DNA from: an uncultured bacterium
GTDB lineage: Bacteria > Schekmanbacteria > GWA2-38-11 > J061
Direction: 5' to 3'
Length of the DNA stretch: 23,694 nucleotides
NCBI GenBank assembly: GCA_964549305.1
Contig: CAZJVM010000040.1
Span: forward strand, 1-23,694
Shown here: positions 1 to 7,893 of the stretch, piece by piece
Position numbering within the stretch: position 1 is the first letter of the stretch
Layout: each line of letters opens with the position of its first letter
Position numbers and translations under genes: made by a program
Notes under the pieces: model-generated
Told to the model about the DNA's origin: nothing
Databases searched by the model: none
The model's input: only the letters and a program-made list of their open reading frames with translations

Positions 1-3000
1 ACATAGACATATGGGTTCAATGTCTGTGGTAAATATGGAGTGGCGATTACCGGGTCGGGGGAGAGGTATCTGCCGTTGTCCGGGTCATAGTATCTTGCTC
101 CATTGTAGAAAAAACCGCTTTCCTCATCATACCACTGTCCGGGGAATCTGAAATTATTTTCAACCGTAGTACCCTGCTCGCTGTAAATCCTGCCGAAGGG
201 ATAATATTCTGCCTGCCATGAAACATTCCCGCTCTCATCTGTCATCATCACGGGACGTCCCAAATGGTCATTGTGGTAGAAGTAAACCACCTCTGCCGGC
301 GCTGAATAACTTCCCATTATCTTTGCCGTAAAATTAAATGAATGTGAACCGGGGTCATGAAATTCCCAATGAATAATATTTTTTCCGCCTTTTGCGATTT
401 TTCCGTAATACCAGAAAGGTTTTCCCGAAACATTACCGTCCGGATTGAAAGCAATGACTGACGCGTCGGATATTCCGGTAACCCGTGCATCGACATCATA
501 TATATCAAGCGTTGAGGTTTTGTTGGTAATTTCAACATCTGCGGATAAAATTTTCCTTATGCCGTCCCACGACGCAACTCCTAAAACTGTTACCTTCGGT
601 TCAACATCTGCTTTGAAAGATTTCCCTTTTCGTCTCTTTTTTCTCTTTTGTTTTTTTATCCTTAACTTTGGCTTTCCGTGTTTCATCTTGAACTTAATTT
701 TATATGCGCCAAGAAGAATGTGCTTTTTGCGATGCTTTGTCTTCCCGCCTTTCACTTTGCGGTAACTTCCCGCGGAAGCTTCGCTTTGGGGCATTACAAC
801 GCCAATCCTCTCATCTCCGGTATAAACAAAATCTGCCGCGCAATTTCCGTTTCTGTCGATTACTGAAATCAATCTTCCCTCAAGGTCATAGAGATAATTT
901 TGCCAATTTCCTTCCCGAATCTTTTTATATCTTTTACCATAAAAGTCATATTCATAGGATATATTTTTATTATTATTTGTAATGGTGCTGTTAATTAGGC
1001 CATCTTTGTTATAAGTCAAGTTGACACTGCCGTTTGAAATAAGATTGCCTTCGGAATTGTAGGAGTAGTTTTTTGATATGTCGCCTGAGATTGAAGCTAA
1101 TTGGTTATCAACATAGTTGTAATTCCTTTCAACGCCGTTTAAAACTGATTTGATTCGATTTCCGACTCCGTCGTAGGTGAAAGATATATTTCCGAAATGT
1201 CCCGATGAAGATGTAATTCTGGCGAATGAATCATAGCCGAATGATAAATTTCGTGATGCATCAAGCGTATCTGTTATGAATGTTACATTGCCGTCAACAT
1301 CTCTTGCATAGTCTAAGTCTATAATTTTAATTGCGCCCTGTTTCTCGATTTTATGGGAGTCAATCCGGTATTGCTTGTCATATCCAAATGTTTCAGTGAT
1401 TCCGGAAGGTAAAACGATTTTTCTTATTTTATCATCTGCCCCGCGTGAAATTGTCACATCAACTGTCGTGCCATCGGTTTTTTTAATCTTCACGCCATGG
1501 GGATAACTCCAAGTGTCCGCATAATCATATAAAACTTCAATGCCTGAAGGATAGTCCATTTTAGTTATCCTGCCGTTTTTGTCATATCCATAAATGACAG
1601 AATAGCTTTTGCCATCGGTAGTTGTATCTTCCTGTGTAAGATTTCCATAAACATCATAGTGATAACGCACTGTGAAATTTCCATCTGATATGGAAGTTAG
1701 TTGTCCCTTCCCGAAACTCGATTCCGGTTCATCGTATGCAAGCGTCAATGATTTGTTTTCGTTCACATAGTTGATATTTGTAAGTCGTCCTAACGAATCA
1801 TAAGAGAATTGACGTGTCCTGCTGAATGGGTCTTTTACAGTCGCGGGGAAACTCAAAGCATCATAGGAAAAGAGTTTCTCTCCACGCTGAGCGGAACTTA
1901 CTCTTAAAAGCCGTCCAAGGTCATCATATTCGAATTCTGCCGCATTGCCTGAAGCGTCGGTTATCGACTTTATGTTGTCTGAATTGTCATAGAGATAATT
2001 TGTGGCTAGGTTTGCGCCCTGAGGAAACTCAGTAATTTTCTTGACGCGAAGAAGCGAGTCATAAGAGAATTCCATAGAGAATTCGCCTTCAGGAAGAGAC
2101 GCCTGACGAAACTTATTAAGCAGAAGAGAATTTGCCATTTCGATTTTTATATTTGTATCCGACGCATCGGGATAAACATATTTTAGCTCATTGAGATATC
2201 CGTAGAAATATCCTTCATGAAGGACTGTTGTCCCGTTCTCATCTCCTTCTTTAATTTCAAGCGATGTGACATTTCTTTCTGCATCGTATGTATAGAGAAG
2301 AGTTTCTAAAATATCCGATTGAAGTCCGGCGCCTTTCAGGAGTTTTGCCATACTTAGGTCGCCTAAATCATTATAGAAATATTCGATGATATTTCCCTCA
2401 GGCATTTTTTCATAATGCAGGACTCCGCCCGGATAATAGCCGTATTGCCGTAGCGCGGAATCCTTTTTTACCTGAGTGATATTTCCCGCGGCATCATATG
2501 AAAGCTCAATGAAAGTGACATCGGGAAATGTGATTTTCCCCGCATTGCCGTAGATGTCATAATTGTCATAGGTATATTTATTTCCGAGAGCATCGGTAAA
2601 TGATTTCAGTCTGTTTCTGTTCAGAGTGTCAGCATCGTCTGCCGCGTAATATTCAAATGAGGTAATATCGGATAAATCATCCCGTGGACCGTCAAGAGAA
2701 GTAATCCGTGAAAGTGCGTCATAAGAAACCGATGTTGTATATGTAAAGGGCACCGCATTCTTTTGAATGTCCCTTGTGTATCCTTTTAAAACAACATTCT
2801 TCAAAAGATTTCCGGGGTTTTCATTGTAGTTATTGTTTCCGTCATCGTCATAATCTAAGATTATTTCTCTGTATCCGTTTCCAAAAACGCTTTCACTTTT
2901 TGCGGAAAGGGTCTCCCCTGTATCGGTGTTGTAAGTGAGATAAACTGCCCTTTCATCACTGCTTCCGTTTGCGTAGCGTATGGTTTGAGGATGTCCCGCA

Positions 3001-4613
3001 TTGTCGAAATTTTCATAGGAAGTGGTGTTCCCGTAGGAATCTGTTTCTTCCGTTAACCTTCCAAAAATGTCATTTGTATATGAGAAGAAAGGCGAAGCGC
3101 AGGTTGTGCAGGTGTTGCCTGTAGTGTTTTTAAGCAATCCGGCGCGGTTAATGGATTCGTAATGAAGAAACGTAGAATTGCCTCTTGTATTGGTGAGTTT
3201 CGTGTACCACTCGGTGGGATGATATTCCAGCGACGAGAAGTGTTTGCCGTTGTCATCGGAAAATGACGAAACCCGGTCAGCGGTATCATAAATGTAATTA
3301 TGCACTCTGCCGTCTCTTGCAGTGGTCCTGGTAATGTTGAGGTTGTCATTTGCATCATTGTATTCAAATTGCGCTGTGGAGTTGTCCGGATAGGATACGG
3401 AAGTCAATCTGCCCGTAGAATCATAACTGAATGAGACAAGAGTTGCCGTCTGCGAATCTTCGACTATTGATGTTATTCTGCCATTTGAATCGTAATTGAG
3501 CGAATATTGTCTGTTAAGCGTGTCATAAATTTTTACGAGTTTGCCACTGCCGTCATATTCAAGCTCGATATGGTTTCCTTCGGGGCTGATTAAGGTAAGA
3601 AGCGCGCCGCTTTCTGAAAAAATCATCGCTTTGCCGTTATCGTATGTAAGCGAATATGTGGTGTCGCCGTTATCGTGAAAACTCATCGAAGAAGGTTTTC
3701 CCGATTGCAGAAAATTTGCCGAAGATTCCGATTCTTTGTAAAAGTATGAACTCCTTCCCTTTCCATTGACAAAGCGTATGACATTGCCCGACTGAAGAAA
3801 ATCAATATGTGACGAATAGTTATGAGTCCACCCCCAACCGATTGGAGTGCCTCTTGTGAGTGAATCATAACTTGCAGAAAGTGCGGGAGACGATGCGCCC
3901 TTTCTGCCGATTTCCATCAACTCGCTGAATATGGACGACGCGGCGGATTTATTCACAGGTACGCTGATTCCGTTTGCTATTGATGGTATTTGCTGTCTTG
4001 AGGAATAACTTCGCCTAAATTCAAGGTCAATGTTAATTCCCTTTATTTTGAAATCGGTTTCCTCGAGAGTCATTTCACCGTTTAGTATGTTTATCGGTTC
4101 GCCAACTTCTTTTCGCTTTGATGAGCAGGTGTCCGTATCGTCGGGCGGAATGGAAAGATAAGTGCCGCATCCTTCCGTTGCCATATTCAGGACTTTCGTG
4201 ACAGAGTCGGAGTTATAGGATGCCGAAGGACTGCAGAGGTGGCACTCAATTGACAGTAGGCGCGCCGAAATGAGGACTTCAACCACATTCGTGTCCCCGT
4301 GAAGAAGTGTTGTGTATGAAGTAGCATCTTTTTGAAGGTGAATATGATTGCCCCCTCCATTTGAGCAGTTTCTCAAAGTGGTAATAGTGAGATCATATCC
4401 CAAAAGACGGTCAATGTTGTTGTTGCAGCAGCTTGTCCAGGAACTGTAACGCTGCCAGCTTATATGAAGTTTTTTTTGCGCATTTCCGTATATATCAAAA
4501 TCCGGAGTTACAGATACTGATAAACCGCTTGGAGGAGGGTCAGATGCAAAAACCGGTGAGGATATAAAACAAATTAACAGGACTGCTGATAATAAAAAAA
4601 GCTTTTTGTTCAT
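1..4613 (-). CDS. Rhs/YD-repeat protein with Rhs-associated core and N-terminal signal peptide (3' end beyond window; at least 1537 aa)
   Basis: Manually translated minus frame from ATG at 4613 (AGGAG RBS just upstream) has no stop down to base 3. It begins MNKKLFLLSAVLLICFISSPVFA and contains VGEPINILNGEM...PIGWGWTHNY (DUF6531-like), many YDxxGRL-type repeats (YDSTGRL, YDDLGRL, YDSLGRL, YDLEGRL), SLDGPRDDLSDITSFEYY, and core motifs YFYHNDHLGRP, FRFPGQWYDEESG, YNGARYYDP, GRYLSPDP, LNPYVY. Confidence 0.95.
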   Translation of the reverse strand, partial: MNKKLFLLSAVLLICFISSPVFASDPPPSGLSVSVTPDFDIYGNAQKKLHISWQRYSSWTSCCNNNIDRLLGYDLTITTLRNCSNGGGNHIHLQKDATSYTTLLHGDTNVVEVLISARLLSIECHLCSPSASYNSDSVTKVLNMATEGCGTYLSIPPDDTDTCSSKRKEVGEPINILNGEMTLEETDFKIKGINIDLEFRRSYSSRQQIPSIANGISVPVNKSAASSIFSELMEIGRKGASSPALSASYDSLTRGTPIGWGWTHNYSSHIDFLQSGNVIRFVNGKGRSSYFYKESESSANFLQSGKPSSMSFHDNGDTTYSLTYDNGKAMIFSESGALLTLISPEGNHIELEYDGSGKLVKIYDTLNRQYSLNYDSNGRITSIVEDSQTATLVSFSYDSTGRLTSVSYPDNSTAQFEYNDANDNLNITRTTARDGRVHNYIYDTADRVSSFSDDNGKHFSSLEYHPTEWYTKLTNTRGNSTFLHYESINRAGLLKNTTGNTCTTCASPFFSYTNDIFGRLTEETDSYGNTTSYENFDNAGHPQTIRYANGSSDERAVYLTYNTDTGETLSAKSESVFGNGYREIILDYDDDGNNNYNENPGNLLKNVVLKGYTRDIQKNAVPFTYTTSVSYDALSRITSLDGPRDDLSDITSFEYYAADDADTLNRNRLKSFTDALGNKYTYDNYDIYGNAGKITFPDVTFIELSYDAAGNITQVKKDSALRQYGYYPGGVLHYEKMPEGNIIEYFYNDLGDLSMAKLLKGAGLQSDILETLLYTYDAERNVTSLEIKEGDENGTTVLHEGYFYGYLNELKYVYPDASDTNIKIEMANSLLLNKFRQASLPEGEFSMEFSYDSLLRVKKITEFPQGANLATNYLYDNSDNIKSITDASGNAAEFEYDDLGRLLRVSSAQRGEKLFSYDALSFPATVKDPFSRTRQFSYDSLGRLTNINYVNENKSLTLAYDEPESSFGKGQLTSISDGNFTVRYHYDVYGNLTQEDTTTDGKSYSVIYGYDKNGRITKMDYPSGIEVLYDYADTWSYPHGVKIKKTDGTTVDVTISRGADDKIRKIVLPSGITETFGYDKQYRIDSHKIEKQGAIKIIDLDYARDVDGNVTFITDTLDASRNLSFGYDSFARITSSSGHFGNISFTYDGVGNRIKSVLNGVERNYNYVDNQLASISGDISKNYSYNSEGNLISNGSVNLTYNKDGLINSTITNNNKNISYEYDFYGKRYKKIREGNWQNYLYDLEGRLISVIDRNGNCAADFVYTGDERIGVVMPQSEASAGSYRKVKGGKTKHRKKHILLGAYKIKFKMKHGKPKLRIKKQKRKKRRKGKSFKADVEPKVTVLGVASWDGIRKILSADVEITNKTSTLDIYDVDARVTGISDASVIAFNPDGNVSGKPFWYYGKIAKGGKNIIHWEFHDPGSHSFNFTAKIMGSYSAPAEVVYFYHNDHLGRPVMMTDESGNVSWQAEYYPFGRIYSEQGTTVENNFRFPGQWYDEESGFFYNGARYYDPDNGRYLSPDPVIATPYLPQTLNPYVY

Positions 4614-4784
4614 TTTTTATCTCCTGACTTTTGAATGTTGGATAAAAAATAAATAAACTGTTAAAAAAGTCAAGAAATATTTAAAATTATATAAAAAAAG
4701 CAATTAAACCTTGCGCAAGACGATCCATTTGTGTTGCGGGAGAATGACAATGGGTGAAAATAGTAAATGGCAGAAATGAAGGAA

Positions 4785-5420
4785 CTAAGCGGTTTTTTTC
4801 CCTGTACTGATTAAAGTCATCAGTATGAGCATAATCCCCCAGAAAAGGGTGACGAAAGGGGAAAGAATGAGGGCAAGAATCAGAAGTAGTATGAGTTTAA
4901 TTCCTTTGAGAAGTGAACCAAAAAATATATTTATCAGGGTCGTGTACAGGAATTTGTAACGGTAAAATTTCTTAGGAAGGTTATAAAAATCATTGTTGCC
5001 GTCAATTCCGATTACTTCAGCGCGCTTTCCTTTGAATGCCGCAATTTCAAAAAAAAGATTCGGGCGGTCGATTTTGTCAGCATAAAATATCAAAATGCGT
5101 GTAAAATCCGTTCCTTTTAAAAGTTTAAAAAGCGCTCTGTTTGAATCGAATATTTTGATTGTGTGATTTTCTGAAAGATTTTTCACAGTTTCATTGTCAG
5201 AAAAGGGCGCCGGCTCATTTTTTTTGCTTTTTAGATAAAGGGAGATTTCAGATTCATTAATGCCTCCGTCTTTGACCAGATATTCTTTTATCCTTCCCAT
5301 ATCTGAAGGTCTGAGTATGAAAGCAATTTTCCCGGTGGTTTTTTTTTCAATATCTGAAATACCCCCGATTTTCTCCGCCAGTTGCGACGGTTTGATTATT
5401 TCCTTAAGCGAATCAAACAT
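4785..5420 (-). CDS. Hypothetical protein with C-terminal hydrophobic membrane segment(s)
   Basis: 211-aa ORF, co-oriented with and downstream of the glycan operon. Soluble N-terminal ~160 aa followed by ILLLILALILSPFVTLFWGIMLILMTLIS. No family recognised. Confidence 0.7.
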   Translation of the reverse strand: MFDSLKEIIKPSQLAEKIGGISDIEKKTTGKIAFILRPSDMGRIKEYLVKDGGINESEISLYLKSKKNEPAPFSDNETVKNLSENHTIKIFDSNRALFKLLKGTDFTRILIFYADKIDRPNLFFEIAAFKGKRAEVIGIDGNNDFYNLPKKFYRYKFLYTTLINIFFGSLLKGIKLILLLILALILSPFVTLFWGIMLILMTLISTGKKTA

Positions 5421-5515
5421 AATTTGTTGTTAGATACTCTTTATTTGTAGTCTTTCCAGACTTTTTTCTTGTAATCATCGTGCCTGACAGGATGTGGCGG
5501 AAAACATTTCAATAA

Positions 5516-7891
5516 TTATTCAATAATGTTCCGCTTATGAAGTTTTTTGATAAGCCAACCGAGAGGCGCGGTCAATTTCCATCTTTTTGAATTGTAAATC
5601 GCCTTAAGCTGTTTTTCCTGCTCTTCTGATTTTGTTTTTACTTTGTGCAGTTCTTGTTCCACTTCGGCAAGACGGATTTCGGTTTTTGAAAGATTGTGCA
5701 GGAGTGAAACTACCGCGACTTTCTCTTCTGATTTTTTTTCTTCCCTTTCCATATACCCCACCATTAAAGCATAGTTTAAAGCGCATCTGTAGATTATTTT
5801 CAGCTTCTTCGCGTCGATGCTTTCCTTCGATGACTCATATTCCTCTATTGCTTCGATTATTTCATCATATGCCTGCCTCGAGAATATTTTTTCTTTATCA
5901 AGTTCGCTATATGAATGGGCAAGGTCTACGCCCAGGCGTTTTACTTCGGAATTATACCATCCAACCATTCTTTGTCTTTCGGCAAATTCCCTGAATGTGA
6001 TGGAATGCTTATGGTATAGGGTAAAATCTTTTCTGAAGTGAATTACCAGTCCCGCTTTGGCTAATCTGTGCCCAAGCTCGATGTCTTCCCACATTGCGTG
6101 CTTGAAAATTTCATTATTGAAAAGCCCGTAGCTTGCAGTCATAATCCGTTTAAATGAGATATTGCTGCTCCAGAAGTATTCATAACCGAGATGGTCAATA
6201 TCCCTGCGGGTAAGCCCTTCGTATCCGAATTGCTGAGCTCCCTCCTTCGTTATATATTCCATCAAAGGCGTTATCTCGATGTCCTTATCCCATTCCACCA
6301 TCCCCAGACAAGCATCTCCTGCGGCGGGGTATTCAACGTGGAAGCGCGCGTGTTTTTCAATGAAATCGGAATCGTACATAATCATATCGTCACCCACGGA
6401 GAGAATGATTTTTCCCCTCGCATTTTCGAGCGCTCTGTTTCGCGCCGACGCGGGACCGTTGTGGTTGTTGGTAAAAAAAGTGAAATTGACAGGCGTTTTT
6501 TTTGAATAGTTTCCGAGAAACTCTTTCGTGCCGTCCGATGAACCGTCATCTACCACGAGAAGCTCGAAATCCTCTTTGGGAAATGTCTGTTCTTCGATTT
6601 TTGCCAAACTTTCCTTAAGGATTTCCAGTCTGTTGTAAGTGGGCATTATAAGGGTTATTTTGTATTTATCTTTTCCTCCTTCGGGAATGAAATCTGAAAC
6701 AATGGGTTTAGTTTTTGATTCCCGGGGTTTTTCTATATCAAGAAGGCCAAGCAGTGTGGGAAAGATGTCAGGCATTTCAATGACATCATCAATATTTTTC
6801 CGAATGCCAAGCCCGCCAATAATGAATTTTGCCCAGTTAGCTTTTACTTCAGGAAGATAACCGTGCAGACCTTTGCAGGGGTTTGTATGCTGAAAGAAGT
6901 TTGGGAAAATGCCTATCCCTTCGTTGACAACAAAAATCAGTTCGCCGAACCTCTTGTCAGGGAAGTTGAAATGCAATTCATCAATATGGGAAGCGGAAAG
7001 TATTTTTCCGTCGGATATTTTTAAGAGCAGGGATGTTATAGTGTTTCGCGCATTGTCATTGAAAAACCAAAAACGCGCCTGCGTGGAATCAAGAAAATAA
7101 AGATAGTCCTTTGTTAAAACAAGACCGGTTTCCGCGAGCATCTTTTCGATATCTATATGCTTCCTGACTTCTACCTGTCCGTGGTCACCGAAGATTAATG
7201 ATTTTACGTCGCTGAATCGGGAGTTTATTGTTTTGAATACGTCGCTTACGGCCAAATCGATTTTTTTGAGCGTTTTTTTCTGCACATCCGAATGAGGACC
7301 TCCTTCGTGTCCCGCCCAGTCAAGTTCGGAAAAATGAAGATAGATAAAGTCTTCATCACCCTGAAGTTTTGAATCAAGCTCGCCGAGAATTTCCGGAGCA
7401 GTACCGGGACTGCCGGGATATCCTATCCAGAGCCATTTTTTGTCATTCATCCTGAGAAGGTCAAATAATGTCTTATGCTTGCCTAACGCGCCCTCATCGC
7501 TTGTTTTGATTTTTTCGGAGAAGTCGAAATACTTCAGAAGATTAAGAGGAATTTCAGCGCATCCTCCGTGATGCTTTACGAGAGTGTATCCTCTCCTTCC
7601 GGCTTCTTTTCTTAACTTATCGGAGATGATAGTTCTGTCGCCTGAGCTAATATTAATATTGCGAAAGGGCGAATCGACTGAATTGTAGAAATACATATTT
7701 CCCACTCCGCACTCATCGGGGTGAAGTCCGGCAAAGAACGCGGGGCGAAGTTCAAAGGCGAATGTTTCCCTGACCGCGCCGTCAATGTTTAATTTTGCAA
7801 GGGAGTGCAGGAAGGGCGAATCATCGGGATTGACATAGTCATATCGGAATCCGTCAATGAGTATGAGAAGAACGGTTTTTTTCATTATCAT
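5516..7891 (-). CDS. Fusion: alkaline phosphatase/nucleotide pyrophosphatase-phosphodiesterase superfamily domain + GT2 glycosyltransferase + C-terminal coiled coil
   Basis: N-terminal domain has LIDGFRYDY, ELDWAGH, FGDHG and GLHGY (AP-superfamily metal ligands). Middle has IMPTYNR, VVDDGSSDGT, GPASARN, VGDD and WEDIELG (GT2). C-terminus is E/K/Q-rich heptads ending YNSKRWKLTAPL. Confidence 0.88.
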   Translation of the reverse strand: MIMKKTVLLILIDGFRYDYVNPDDSPFLHSLAKLNIDGAVRETFAFELRPAFFAGLHPDECGVGNMYFYNSVDSPFRNINISSGDRTIISDKLRKEAGRRGYTLVKHHGGCAEIPLNLLKYFDFSEKIKTSDEGALGKHKTLFDLLRMNDKKWLWIGYPGSPGTAPEILGELDSKLQGDEDFIYLHFSELDWAGHEGGPHSDVQKKTLKKIDLAVSDVFKTINSRFSDVKSLIFGDHGQVEVRKHIDIEKMLAETGLVLTKDYLYFLDSTQARFWFFNDNARNTITSLLLKISDGKILSASHIDELHFNFPDKRFGELIFVVNEGIGIFPNFFQHTNPCKGLHGYLPEVKANWAKFIIGGLGIRKNIDDVIEMPDIFPTLLGLLDIEKPRESKTKPIVSDFIPEGGKDKYKITLIMPTYNRLEILKESLAKIEEQTFPKEDFELLVVDDGSSDGTKEFLGNYSKKTPVNFTFFTNNHNGPASARNRALENARGKIILSVGDDMIMYDSDFIEKHARFHVEYPAAGDACLGMVEWDKDIEITPLMEYITKEGAQQFGYEGLTRRDIDHLGYEYFWSSNISFKRIMTASYGLFNNEIFKHAMWEDIELGHRLAKAGLVIHFRKDFTLYHKHSITFREFAERQRMVGWYNSEVKRLGVDLAHSYSELDKEKIFSRQAYDEIIEAIEEYESSKESIDAKKLKIIYRCALNYALMVGYMEREEKKSEEKVAVVSLLHNLSKTEIRLAEVEQELHKVKTKSEEQEKQLKAIYNSKRWKLTAPLGWLIKKLHKRNIIE

Positions 7892-7893
7892 TT

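Noticed and set aside
47-3868. Short ORFs listed in the track (47-238, 317-538, 445-765, 678-866, 704-982, 1826-2035, 3053-3367, 3683-3868)
   Set aside because: All are alternate-frame or antisense shadows of the Rhs gene with no recognisable motifs. The Phe-rich 445-765 ORF is the antisense of the Lys-rich tract.
4230-4244. CHLC in the Rhs N-terminus as a heme c binding site
   Set aside because: The sequence is CHLCS, not CxxCH.
1-4613. Apparent ORF desert suggesting a pseudogene, non-coding DNA or stop-codon recoding
   Set aside because: Codon-by-codon reading found no in-frame stop in the Rhs frame. The ORF most likely went uncalled because its stop is outside the window.
4470-5346. Poly-T runs of about 8-9 nt as phase-variation tracts
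   Set aside because: Such runs are common throughout this AT-rich, Lys-rich sequence and all frames are intact.
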